A DNA stretch of 64,000 bases. Origin: a bacterium. Its GTDB lineage: Bacteria > Patescibacteriota > CPR2 > UBA1875 > JAJYID01. Below are positions 8,424-17,512 of this stretch, one piece after another. Location of the stretch: assembly GCA_021787535.1 (NCBI GenBank), contig JAJYLR010000001.1:492321-556320 (forward strand). Direction: 5' to 3'. Position numbers and translations under genes: made by a program. Position 1 is the stretch's first letter; every line of letters starts with the position of its first letter. The notes beneath the pieces are model-generated. The model saw only the letters and a program-made list of their open reading frames with translations. It was not told where the DNA came from and searched no databases.

Positions 8424-8448
8424 CGTCATTCTGGCTTGACCAGAATCT
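8424..8448 (+). repeat. GTCATT-tailed REP-like palindrome
   Basis: CGTCATTCTGGCTTGACCAGAATCT. Confidence 0.8.
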
Positions 8449-8542
8449 TCTTTATTTTCTCGAAAATTTTGCTATAATGATTTCACTTGGAGGGAATGTA
8501 CCTTCTTTTTTAAATCTGCAAACCAACAAGGAAGGGAGCACC

Positions 8543-9091
8543 ATGTACATGTCATTTTTAGACTTTGCTTATATCGTTGCTATGATGATAGTTATAGGCG
8601 TATCCGTAGCCATCATCATTGCGACAGCAAAGGGCAGGGGCGCGAGTGAGTTCTATTACTTCCTGCTCGGTTTAATCTCCTTCATCGGCGTATCCGGCAT
8701 CATTTTTAGAGCGCTCAGTATGGGAGGGGTTCTCGAAGGGCTGAGCAAAGAATTTACCTGGACTTTCTATATTGCCTTTCCGGCAATATCGTCTCTCGTG
8801 CTCCTTGCCGTTGTCTGTGTCCATGACGATTACGTCGATCTACAGAATGATAAAAGGGCGCTCGAAGACATCCAGAACAGTCTCGGCCATTACAAGCATG
8901 GTGATAAAGACCATAACCTTTTTGTTGCAATCAGCAACCTGCAAGGGCACGTGGCGAATCAGGAAGGGGTTATTAAGTCACAGGACGAGGAACTAGCAAA
9001 ATTAAGGAAAGATAACGATCTGCTTAGGCAAGAAATGGCAGATCTGATCGACTCTATAACCACGCCAACTGTTGAAGAAGTGCTTTCATAA
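8543..9091 (+). CDS. Hypothetical membrane protein (3 TM plus coiled coil)
   Basis: Purine-rich SD region, hydrophobic helices, heptad-rich C-terminus, downstream terminator near 9116-9146. Confidence 0.7.
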   Translation: MYMSFLDFAYIVAMMIVIGVSVAIIIATAKGRGASEFYYFLLGLISFIGVSGIIFRALSMGGVLEGLSKEFTWTFYIAFPAISSLVLLAVVCVHDDYVDLQNDKRALEDIQNSLGHYKHGDKDHNLFVAISNLQGHVANQEGVIKSQDEELAKLRKDNDLLRQEMADLIDSITTPTVEEVLS

Positions 9092-9156
9092 CATCTCTCT
9101 ATTCAACAAAACCGAGGCCCGACTCGTTCGGGTCTCTTTCTTTTTCTCGTTCTGCC

Positions 9157-9188
9157 AGTGGTACACTAGACTAGTCTAGTGTACCACT
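9157..9188. repeat. Perfect 32-bp palindrome
   Basis: AGTGGTACACTAGACT|AGTCTAGTGTACCACT. Confidence 0.9.
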
Positions 9189-9210
9189 TCGTGGGATTTA
9201 TCCGCCAAAT

Positions 9211-9257
9211 AGATTCCCACCGGATGTTTACCCGACCTTTGGCGGGCGGGAATGACA
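9211..9257 (-). repeat. Long GTCATT-tailed REP-like element, intergenic sibling of the rluB insert
   Basis: Reverse complement matches 7759-7805 at 41/47 positions. Confidence 0.85.
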
Positions 9258-9295
9258 AAGGTGGACTCAGAATGACATTGTTTTATAATGGTATT

Positions 9296-10219
9296 ATGAA
9301 AACTTTGATAATAGTGGTTTTAATATTTTTAGATATCATTCCTCATGGCGTTCCATTTGTCTCTGATATCCAGAAAAGTCTTGAAAATAATGTTAAGGTG
9401 GAGACACATCAAGTAGCAGACAACACTAATGAACCACTCAACTTTTCACCTCTGCCGTACCAAAACAATAAATATTACACCCTGACCGCAAGCGCCAAAG
9501 CCTACATGGTGGTTGACATGGGCACGGGGGAGATATTGTTACACCATGCAGAGGACAGTCCTCTGCAAATCGCCAGCCTGACGAAACTAATGACTGCGCG
9601 ACTGCTTTTGAAAGATGGCGACTTATCCAAAACCATTACTGTTAGGGCAAGTGATTTAAATAAGGTCCCGGCAGAAGAAGCCAGGATGTGGCTGGCCGCG
9701 GGCGACAAAGTGACGTACAACACCCTGCTCCACGGGCTTTTAATCAACTCCGGGGCCGATGCTGCTGTAACCATTGCCGACAATCTGTACCCGGGCGGGT
9801 ATAACGAATTTATTAGCAAAATGAACGAAGAAGCGGCAAATCTCAACTTGAAAAACACCCATTTCGATAACCCCGTCGGTTGGGATAGCGCAAGCAACTA
9901 TTCCACCGCCCAAGACCTGCAAATCCTGGCAAGAACATTGCTTCAAAATGATACTTTTAAGAAAATCGTCGGCACAAAGAGCGAAACGGTCTACTCTGAG
10001 AATGGCAGACCGTACAATCTGCAAAATACCAACGAACTTCTAAACGGCACTACGGTTTTTGGCATCAAAACCGGCTTTACAAACGGTGCCGGGCAGTGCC
10101 TCATCGCTGCCGGAAAAGTCAAGGGTCAGAATGTTTTAACGGTTGTTTTGGGTACGGGAGATAGGTTTGGCCAGACAAAAAACCTTCTCGAATGGACTGA
10201 TTTAGTGTATAATTGGTAG
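9296..10219 (+). CDS. D-alanyl-D-alanine carboxypeptidase (peptidase S11), second paralog
   Basis: IASLTK, NSGADAA, GIKTG; ATG 6 nt after TATAAT; upstream ORF extension is repeat-derived. Confidence 0.9.
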   Translation: MKTLIIVVLIFLDIIPHGVPFVSDIQKSLENNVKVETHQVADNTNEPLNFSPLPYQNNKYYTLTASAKAYMVVDMGTGEILLHHAEDSPLQIASLTKLMTARLLLKDGDLSKTITVRASDLNKVPAEEARMWLAAGDKVTYNTLLHGLLINSGADAAVTIADNLYPGGYNEFISKMNEEAANLNLKNTHFDNPVGWDSASNYSTAQDLQILARTLLQNDTFKKIVGTKSETVYSENGRPYNLQNTNELLNGTTVFGIKTGFTNGAGQCLIAAGKVKGQNVLTVVLGTGDRFGQTKNLLEWTDLVYNW

Positions 10220-10223
10220 TCAT

Positions 10224-10291
10224 TGTCATTCCGGACTTGATCCGGAATCCAGGTTTATTAGTATAGATCCTGAATCAAGTTCAGGATGACA
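10224..10291. repeat. Inverted doublet of GTCAT-tailed REP-like palindromes
   Basis: TGTCATTCCGGACTTGATCCGGAATCCAG ... TAGATCCTGAATCAAGTTCAGGATGACA. Confidence 0.88.
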
Positions 10292-10299
10292 GAAGAATC

Positions 10300-11727
10300 A
10301 TGTACAAAGTAGCACTGATCGGAAAACCAAACGCCGGGAAAAGCACTCTTTTTAACACTTTGCTTAAAAAGAGACAAGCTATTACCACAAATATACCCGG
10401 CACAACCCGCGACTGGAACGAAGAAGCCGCTTCTTTTGATGGCTCCCAATTTATTCTAGCCGATACGGCCGGCATAGAGCTAAAAGTTCCGAAAGGCGAC
10501 GAACTGAAAGAAAAGGCCTATAAGAAAATCCGGCAAAACTTAAGCACAGCTGATCTTTTTATTTTTGTGGCAGATAGAGAAACCGGTATCACAGAAGAAG
10601 ACCGAAAAATTATTAAAGAAGTCAGAAAATATGGCAAAGACATCTTGCTTGTCGTAAATAAAATTGACAGCCCGAGGAATAAGCCATCTTTGGCAGAGTT
10701 TCATAAACTGGGACTCGGCGAACCGCTTGGGGTCTCAGCCGAGCATAAAAGGGGAATCGAAAATCTTTTGAATGAGATACAGAAACGAATTCCTTCTCCT
10801 GTCATCCCGAGCGAAGCCGAGGAATCCCTTATTAATCGAGAGAGAAATGGATTTCTCCATTCGTCACTCCTTGATGTCAGTCGAAATAACAAAGAGATCA
10901 AGGTGTCTATTCTTGGCCGGCCAAATGCCGGGAAATCATCGTTTCTAAATAAACTGATTAATGAAGAAAAGTTCATCGTCAGCGATATACCGGGTACTAC
11001 GAGAGACGTGAATTCAACTTATCTCGATCATGAAGGCCAGGTAATTAAATTTCTAGATACAGCAGGTCTCAGGCGCCGGGGCAAGATAGGCAAAATGCCC
11101 GGTAAAGGCAAGGAGGGTCTCATAGAAAAGTTCTCCGCTGACCGTGTCAGAAAAACCTTGGAAGAGTCCGACATCGCGCTTTTAGTTCTAGATCCGACCG
11201 AACCGATAACTTCACAGGATCTGCACGTGGCGGGCTATATCAAAGATGCGTATAAGGGAATCATAGTAGTTGTAAATAAATGGGATCTGGCAAAGGAAGA
11301 AAAGCTGGCTCACGGATATGATACGGTTGAGAAGTTTTCTCGCCTCGCTCAGCATAAACTCGACTTCCTGCCGTATGCGCCTATCATTTTTGTTTCTTCG
11401 CTGACCGGTAAAAACGTTTCCAAAGTTTTGGATCTTATTCTGGAAATCAAAAAAAGACGAGAACAAAAGATTCCTACCAGCGATTTAAATAGTTTATTAA
11501 ATGAGTCAATGGCTAGAAAGAAGCCGCAAAGCGTAGATAAACATCAGGTCAATATAAAATACGCCACGCAAACAGGCGTAAACCCTCCAGAGTTTATATT
11601 CTTTGCAAACTATCCTCAAAAAGTGCATTTTTCATACCGCCGATTTCTGGAAAACCGCATTCGGGAAAAGTGGGGCTTCACCGGTACCCCGATAAGAATT
11701 ATTTTCAAATCAAAAAGTAAGCCATAA
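10300..11727 (+). CDS. der: Ribosome biogenesis GTPase Der (EngA) with repeat-derived linker
   Basis: Two G domains (GKPNAGKS, GRPNAGKS, DTAG, NKID/NKWD) and a KH-like C-terminus. Confidence 0.97.
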   Translation: MYKVALIGKPNAGKSTLFNTLLKKRQAITTNIPGTTRDWNEEAASFDGSQFILADTAGIELKVPKGDELKEKAYKKIRQNLSTADLFIFVADRETGITEEDRKIIKEVRKYGKDILLVVNKIDSPRNKPSLAEFHKLGLGEPLGVSAEHKRGIENLLNEIQKRIPSPVIPSEAEESLINRERNGFLHSSLLDVSRNNKEIKVSILGRPNAGKSSFLNKLINEEKFIVSDIPGTTRDVNSTYLDHEGQVIKFLDTAGLRRRGKIGKMPGKGKEGLIEKFSADRVRKTLEESDIALLVLDPTEPITSQDLHVAGYIKDAYKGIIVVVNKWDLAKEEKLAHGYDTVEKFSRLAQHKLDFLPYAPIIFVSSLTGKNVSKVLDLILEIKKRREQKIPTSDLNSLLNESMARKKPQSVDKHQVNIKYATQTGVNPPEFIFFANYPQKVHFSYRRFLENRIREKWGFTGTPIRIIFKSKSKP

Positions 11728-11836
11728 AAGTCTTGACAATCTCTTCACTTAGTGTATAATATAATGTCTGGTGAGAAAAGTATGGAAGCTTAACTCACCG
11801 GGCACGTACCTGAAAATCACTACCCAAGGAGGGGTC

Positions 11837-12097
11837 ATGAGTAAAACTGAAAGGTTTTGGGCAATCCTCGGTGCGGTCGGTCGAGGACTTTGGTGGTGTT
11901 TCAGACACCCAAAAGAGACGGCCGCCTCGCTCATAATATCCTTTTTCCTTTTAACTCTTTTCGTTAGCATCTTCTCTGAAAATTTAGCTAACGAAATCTT
12001 CGGTCGGGTATTATACACGATCGGAGTCCCTGTGATTATTAGCATTGCGCTATATATGATCATTGCAGGGAAGAAACCGGGGAAAAAGAAGGATTGA
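11837..12097 (+). CDS. Hypothetical small membrane protein
   Basis: Promoter TTGACA-16-TATAAT (11733-11760), SD AAGGAGG, two hydrophobic helices, terminator near 12124-12182. Confidence 0.65.
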   Translation: MSKTERFWAILGAVGRGLWWCFRHPKETAASLIISFFLLTLFVSIFSENLANEIFGRVLYTIGVPVIISIALYMIIAGKKPGKKKD

Positions 12098-12225
12098 TGA
12101 ACCCAAAAACCAACCACAATCATGGACGGCAGAGATTTTATTGGTATCTTATACCTCTAATTCTCTCGCCGTCCTTTCTTTTGAAAAAGTATTGACAAAT
12201 ATTTTTTATGATGTATAATGGTAAT

Positions 12226-12587
12226 CATTGTTTGGTGTTTTACTGAGCCCATTGTCACGAAAAGAGAATCCCGAATTTCAAAAAAAGAACGTGAGTTTGA
12301 TAAGATGCCAAACATGACCTTTACACTTTCTCCTCAGTTCTCGGCGCCTCGCCGCCGCTTTGCGTTTATGCGTTCAGGGGGCGCAGGATGAAAAAAATAA
12401 GTCGAGAAGGAGAGGAGAAAGAAGCAGCGATTTTTCCGCGGAGAATCGCTGCGAGCAGTGGGAATTTTGGCAACATGAAGTCGACCGCCAATCTCACTGC
12501 ACCTCGCAAGGGATAGTTTATTTATCTGCACATGGCGGATAAATTGTTCTTGCGGGGCGAAAGGGGCGCATATGCGCCCCTTTTTTT
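12226..12587 (+). ncRNA. Candidate large structured ncRNA (about 360 nt), family not recognised
   Basis: TTGACA-16-TATAAT (12192-12219); five consecutive stem-loop domains with G-U pairs; terminator 12560-12587. Confidence 0.65.
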
Positions 12588-12624
12588 ATTTACTTGGATT
12601 AGCCAAAACGATAAAATATTAATT

Positions 12625-13245
12625 ATGAAAGTAAAAACGCTTATAGTAGGATTAGGAAATCCGGGTGAAAAATACGAAAAAACCCGACATAATGCAGGAT
12701 TTATGGTGCTGGACGTGCTCTGCAATAATTTTAAATTTGAAAAAAAATTTAATGCGGAAGTTTGCCGGCTCTCCTCCTGTCATTCCCGCGAAGACGGGAA
12801 TCTAGATTCTGAACAAGCCAGAATGACAAATGAAGGAGATATTATTTTGATGAAACCCCAAACCTTCATGAATTTATCAGGCGAGGCAGTCCAATCTTTT
12901 GCCGGTTATTACAAGATTCAACCAGGAAATATTTGGATAATCCACGATGATATAGATATTCCGTTTGGAGAAATTAGAGTGAAAAAAGGCGGTTCTTCGG
13001 CCGGACATAAAGGAGTTCAGTCGATAATTGAAAAAATGGGCACAGAAGATTTTTGGAGGTTTCGAGTTGGCGTTAAAAATAATGATTTAGCAAGAATAGA
13101 AACTGAGGATTTTGTACTGCAAAGATTTAACCCTGATGAAGCAGGAGTTTTGGATAAAATAATAAATTTAGCTGCAGATGAAATAAAACTGTTTTTAAAG
13201 GAGGGAACACTTGAGGCAAAAACTCTAAAATTGAATAAAAAATAA
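12625..13245 (+). CDS. pth: Peptidyl-tRNA hydrolase with in-frame repeat insertion
   Basis: LIVGLGNPG..Y..TRHNAGF, KPQTFMNLSG, HDDIDIPFG, GHKG. Confidence 0.96.
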   Translation: MKVKTLIVGLGNPGEKYEKTRHNAGFMVLDVLCNNFKFEKKFNAEVCRLSSCHSREDGNLDSEQARMTNEGDIILMKPQTFMNLSGEAVQSFAGYYKIQPGNIWIIHDDIDIPFGEIRVKKGGSSAGHKGVQSIIEKMGTEDFWRFRVGVKNNDLARIETEDFVLQRFNPDEAGVLDKIINLAADEIKLFLKEGTLEAKTLKLNKK

Positions 13246-13275
13246 GAAGAGAGCATAAAACTCTCTTCTTATTTT
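13239..13275. terminator. Bidirectional terminator
   Basis: AAAATAAGAAGAGAG-loop-CTCTCTTCTTATTTT. Confidence 0.8.
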
Positions 13276-13480
13276 CAAAAAATCTCCCATTGATCAACAT
13301 CTGTCACGGAGACTTAGCCAAGTCACTGCCCATAGGCTGACTGGTGTGTTGTAGGGAGAAACCTACCAACAAGCAAGCAACTTAAAGGAGGGTGATTTAA
13401 GAAAGCTGAACTTGTTAGTAGGTTTCCGCCCTACAAAATCCCGCACCAAAAGGACTTTGAAATCCTTTCTTAGGTACGAT
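13240..13480 (-). ncRNA. Candidate sRNA with anti-Shine-Dalgarno loop
   Basis: Promoter TTGACA-17-TAATAT with extended TG (13514-13486); long hairpin 13349-13436 with loop UCACCCUCC; G-U pairs favour the - strand. Confidence 0.65.
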
Positions 13481-13549
13481 AGAACATATTAACATATTAA
13501 AGTACTTATGTCAATACTTTTTTAATAAAACTCATGTTTTGTGCTTAAA

Positions 13550-14641
13550 ATGAACGAAAAAAAGCTTAAAAAGAATAGAAAATATCTGCTGGCTCTGGAC
13601 ATCGCCTTGAACACTTTTGGATTTGAAAGATTGAAAAAAATAGAGAAAAGCGGTCTGAATTTTGAGGAAGTTTGGGAAATGCCCGCCGGACAGCTAAAGC
13701 AGAAATTGGGCAAATATAACTTTGTTGAAAAGTTGGCCAGCGAACGGGGGAAAATATACCCGGACACAGAGATTGAGAAACTGGAAAAACAAAAAATTGG
13801 CTTTATTACTATTTATGACGAAGAATATCCCAAAAATTTGAAGGAGATTTTCTCGCCTCCGGTTATTCTTTATTATAAGGGCGACTTAAACGTCTTAAAC
13901 GAAGTGTGTTTGGCAGTGGTGGGTTCGAGAAAATACACGACGTATGGGAAAAATGCTGCAGAAAAACTAGTTTACGGTTTATCTGAAAGCGGATTTACGA
14001 TCGTAAGCGGGATGGCCCTCGGGATAGACACATTTGCTCACACCTCTGCACTAAATGCCGAGGGTAAAACAGTAGCAGTGCTCGGATGCGGGCTTAACCA
14101 GCCATATCCTTCATCAAATACAAATCTTTTCCGGCAAATCATAAACTCCGACGGACTAGCACTTAGTGAATACATGCCGGGGAAACCGCCTCTCCCGCAG
14201 CATTTTCCAGCGAGAAACAGGATTATTTCCGGCCTTTCCAAAGGCATCCTAATAATAGAAGCGGGGATAAGGTCAGGGGCTCTTATAACCGCAAGAGATG
14301 GTCTGGAGCAAAACAAAGATATTTTTACCGTGCCCGGGCCGATATTCGGTGAATCTTCAAGCGGTACGAACCAGCTCTTGAAAATGGGAGCAAACCCGGT
14401 CACACAAGCAGAAGATATTATTGAATATTACGGCTATAAAACTAAGCCAAAGATAATATTAAAGCCGTCAAACAATACCGAAAAGGCTATTTTTGAAGCA
14501 CTGAATAAAGAAAAAATGCACGTTGATGACATTATTAAACACGCAAAACTTGAAAGCCAGCTGATTATTTCGACCTTGACACTTATGGAAATAAAAGGTA
14601 AGGTAAAAAACTTAGGAGGCATGGTTTATTGTTTAAATTAA
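13550..14641 (+). CDS. dprA: DNA-processing protein DprA
   Basis: AVVGSR, IVSGMALGIDT.AH, FPARNRIISGLS, EAGIRSGALITA. Confidence 0.95.
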   Translation: MNEKKLKKNRKYLLALDIALNTFGFERLKKIEKSGLNFEEVWEMPAGQLKQKLGKYNFVEKLASERGKIYPDTEIEKLEKQKIGFITIYDEEYPKNLKEIFSPPVILYYKGDLNVLNEVCLAVVGSRKYTTYGKNAAEKLVYGLSESGFTIVSGMALGIDTFAHTSALNAEGKTVAVLGCGLNQPYPSSNTNLFRQIINSDGLALSEYMPGKPPLPQHFPARNRIISGLSKGILIIEAGIRSGALITARDGLEQNKDIFTVPGPIFGESSSGTNQLLKMGANPVTQAEDIIEYYGYKTKPKIILKPSNNTEKAIFEALNKEKMHVDDIIKHAKLESQLIISTLTLMEIKGKVKNLGGMVYCLN

Positions 14642-14652
14642 GTCCGCTCAAT

Positions 14653-14799
14653 TGTCATTCAGACCGCTACCACTTTAGTGGAAAGTGGAGGAATCCCTCC
14701 CAAAAAAATAACCAATGACCAATTTCCAATATCCAACCAAATCCTAACTTTCAAATTATTGGAAACACAACTGTCATTCCCGCGAAGACGGTAATCCAG
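14653..14799 (+). repeat. Two GTCATT-tailed REP-like copies around short-period CCAAT repeats
   Basis: 14653-14697 and 14771-14799; the latter matches the pth insert at 27/29. Confidence 0.75.
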
Positions 14800-14856
14800 A
14801 AAATGGCTTAGGCAATAAAAGATTCTCGTTTTTATGGCAATAACATAGTAGGAAAA

Positions 14857-15534
14857 ATGATTAACGAAACCGGAAGAAATATATATGATGAGCGGCCAGC
14901 CGATCTTGACTTAAAGGAGCATCAAGACCTAACCAATAGCCCACGTATTGAAATACTGAGAAAAGGATTTGAAGGCAGCACAAATGAACTGGAAGAGCTC
15001 CTAGAAAAGCATAATATTCCGCAAATGGTTAGTAATATAACCGGCCTGGATTGGAAAACTGCCTCTATTAAGCTAAGGCATACTGAGAGTCAGGCAGATT
15101 GGGAAGGAGATGATACTGTACTGGTAAACTTGGATCATGGGCCCTACTGCATAAGCGGCCTTTCCCATGAAATGGTTCATTTGCTTTTCCGCCAGAACAA
15201 CTGGCTTGAGTCCACTGAAATTTCTAAATTTATAGAAAATCATCCTGAAATGAGGGAATATTCTGCAGGAAAAGATGGCTATCCCATAGAACAAATGGTC
15301 GCATACCTCGTGCAGGATGAAATATGCAAGAAAATCGGTAAAAAAGAGGGTCTAAATATACTAGCCGAAACCGGCGGGCACGGAGATTTTGAAAAGATTT
15401 TAGATACAGAGTATGGTTCAGACATTAAAAAGAAGATAGGCAAAACAATGATGGAACGATGGACAAAGCTAGAAGATTATTCGGATGTGCTAAAATGGAT
15501 TGAATCATTGCTCAAGGAGATTGATAATGGCTAG
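14857..15534 (+). CDS. Hypothetical protein with HExxH motif (possible zinc metallopeptidase)
   Basis: LSHEMVHLL with a downstream Glu; overlaps the topA start. Confidence 0.6.
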   Translation: MINETGRNIYDERPADLDLKEHQDLTNSPRIEILRKGFEGSTNELEELLEKHNIPQMVSNITGLDWKTASIKLRHTESQADWEGDDTVLVNLDHGPYCISGLSHEMVHLLFRQNNWLESTEISKFIENHPEMREYSAGKDGYPIEQMVAYLVQDEICKKIGKKEGLNILAETGGHGDFEKILDTEYGSDIKKKIGKTMMERWTKLEDYSDVLKWIESLLKEIDNG

Positions 15535-17512
15535 AAACCTAGTTATCGTCGAGTCGCCGGCAAAGTCGGCAACAATTGAAAAATACTTGGGGCCTGACTA
15601 CAAAGTTATGGCCAGCTATGGCCATGTCCGGGATTTGCCTAAAAGCCGGCTCGGCGTTGACGTAGAACATGACTTTGAACCGGAATATATCATTCCCATG
15701 AAGGCCAAGAAAAACCTGAACAATATTAAAAAGCAGGCAAAAGAAGCAAACATGGTGCTCCTGGCAACAGACCTTGACCGAGAAGGAGAGTCCATCGCCT
15801 GGCACATAGCCGAGTCCATCGATAACAAACATATAAAAAGAATCACTTTCTCGGAAATCACCAAGGACGCCATCCTGGAAGCCGTCAAAAATCCTGGCTC
15901 TCTAAATGAAGACCTCTTCAACGCGCAGCAAGCAAGACGTGTTCTGGACCGACTCGTCGGCTATTCTTTGAGCCCGCTGCTTTGGCAAAAAGTGCGAAGA
16001 GGACTGTCCGCCGGCCGAGTGCAATCCGTGGCTGTAAAGATAATTGTAGACCGGGAAAGAGAAATTCAAAACTTCAAACCGGAGGAATACTGGGAAATTT
16101 CTGTGGAACTGGATAAAAATCAGAGTAAATATCTCGCTCATTTAATTAAAATAGATGGAAAAAATGCAGAAATTAAAAACGAAAAGGAAGCCAAGAAAGT
16201 TGAATCAGATGTTCAAAACAAAACTTTCAAAGTCACAGATGTAACGAAGAAAGAAGTCAAAAGATCGCCGGCTCCGCCCTTTATAACCTCAACACTTCAG
16301 CAAGAGTCGGCAAGAAAACTGGGATTTTCAGCCAAGAAAACCATGATGCTCGCCCAACAGCTCTATGAAGGTATTAACGTAGGCAAAGGCAGCGAAGGCC
16401 TTATTACCTACATGAGAACAGACTCTCTAAATCTGTCGGCGCAGGCAAGAAGTCAAATTAAAGAATATCTTTTAAATAACTTCGGCAAAGATTACGTGAG
16501 CGAAAAGGCCAGAGTGTATAAAAAAAGCAAAGGCGCCCAGGAAGCGCACGAAGCTATCCGGCCGACGCACATCACCAACACTCCGGAAGCTATCAAAAGC
16601 TACCTAACGCCGGATCAGCTGAAACTTTATGCCCTGATATTTAACCGGACACTGGCTTCACAAATGTCGGATGCCAGATATATGCAAATCAGCGCCAAGA
16701 TCTCTGCCGGGAAATATCTTTTCAGGACAGGCGGAAGAGATCTGCTTTTCGACGGCTTCATGAAGGTTTACCTGGAAAAAGCAGAAGCCGAGGAAAAAGA
16801 CGCCAAGTTCTCAAATCTGAAAGAACTGGCCAAAGATGATATTTTGAAATATTTAAAGACGATTTCGGAGCAGAAGTTCACCTTAGCCCCTCCGAGGTTT
16901 ACCGAAGCGTCTTTAATTAAAGTGCTTGAAGAAAACGGCATCGGCCGGCCCTCGACTTACGCGCCGACTATTTCGACCATTATCGACCGCGGTTACGTAA
17001 AGCTGGAGGAACGGCGATTTCACCCTACCGAAATTGGTTTCATCGTTACGGATATGTTGAGTGAAAATTTCCCATTTGTCGTAAACGTAGACTTCACTGC
17101 GAACATCGAAAACGAACTTGATGAGATAGCGATCGGCAAAATGAAGTGGCAAAAAGCCATTGGCGAATTTTATCATCCTTTCAAGGAAGAGCTGGATAAA
17201 AAATCCGAGAAGATCGAGAGGGTGAAAATGCCGGAAAAGGAAACGGATGAGAAATGCGAGAAATGCGGCGGCCCGATGGTGATCAAGCTCGGAAGGTTCG
17301 GAGAGTTCATGGCCTGCAAAAATTTCCCCGAGTGTAAGTTCACCAAGGCAATCGTCAAAGGTACCGGTGTCAAATGTCCCGAGTGTGAAGAAGGAGACAT
17401 TATCGAACGAAAAACCCGGAAAGGCAGGACCTTCTGGGGCTGTTCCCGCTATCCGGACTGCAAATACGCTACCTGGCAAGACCCGCGAAAGAAAAAAGGA
17501 GCTTCAAGTTAA
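15527..17512 (+). CDS. topA: DNA topoisomerase I
   Basis: LVIVESPAK, DLDREGE, SAGRVQS, ITYMRTDS, C-terminal zinc ribbons. Confidence 0.98.
   Translation: MARNLVIVESPAKSATIEKYLGPDYKVMASYGHVRDLPKSRLGVDVEHDFEPEYIIPMKAKKNLNNIKKQAKEANMVLLATDLDREGESIAWHIAESIDNKHIKRITFSEITKDAILEAVKNPGSLNEDLFNAQQARRVLDRLVGYSLSPLLWQKVRRGLSAGRVQSVAVKIIVDREREIQNFKPEEYWEISVELDKNQSKYLAHLIKIDGKNAEIKNEKEAKKVESDVQNKTFKVTDVTKKEVKRSPAPPFITSTLQQESARKLGFSAKKTMMLAQQLYEGINVGKGSEGLITYMRTDSLNLSAQARSQIKEYLLNNFGKDYVSEKARVYKKSKGAQEAHEAIRPTHITNTPEAIKSYLTPDQLKLYALIFNRTLASQMSDARYMQISAKISAGKYLFRTGGRDLLFDGFMKVYLEKAEAEEKDAKFSNLKELAKDDILKYLKTISEQKFTLAPPRFTEASLIKVLEENGIGRPSTYAPTISTIIDRGYVKLEERRFHPTEIGFIVTDMLSENFPFVVNVDFTANIENELDEIAIGKMKWQKAIGEFYHPFKEELDKKSEKIERVKMPEKETDEKCEKCGGPMVIKLGRFGEFMACKNFPECKFTKAIVKGTGVKCPECEEGDIIERKTRKGRTFWGCSRYPDCKYATWQDPRKKKGASS

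Noticed and set aside
12097-12195. 32-codon ORF coupled to the upstream stop (TGATG)
   Set aside because: It runs through a terminator hairpin and into the next promoter.
12334-12542. Short ORFs on both strands inside the structured RNA region
   Set aside because: No clear SD, no recognisable motif, and they overlap strong hairpins.
12226-13480. RNase P RNA, tmRNA, SRP RNA or 6S RNA as identities for the two ncRNA candidates
   Set aside because: Diagnostic motifs and overall shapes were not found on either strand by eye; a cmscan is still needed.
16913-17479. Long antisense ORFs over topA, rplA, rpsM-infA and tuf
   Set aside because: Shadows of well-supported genes on the opposite strand.
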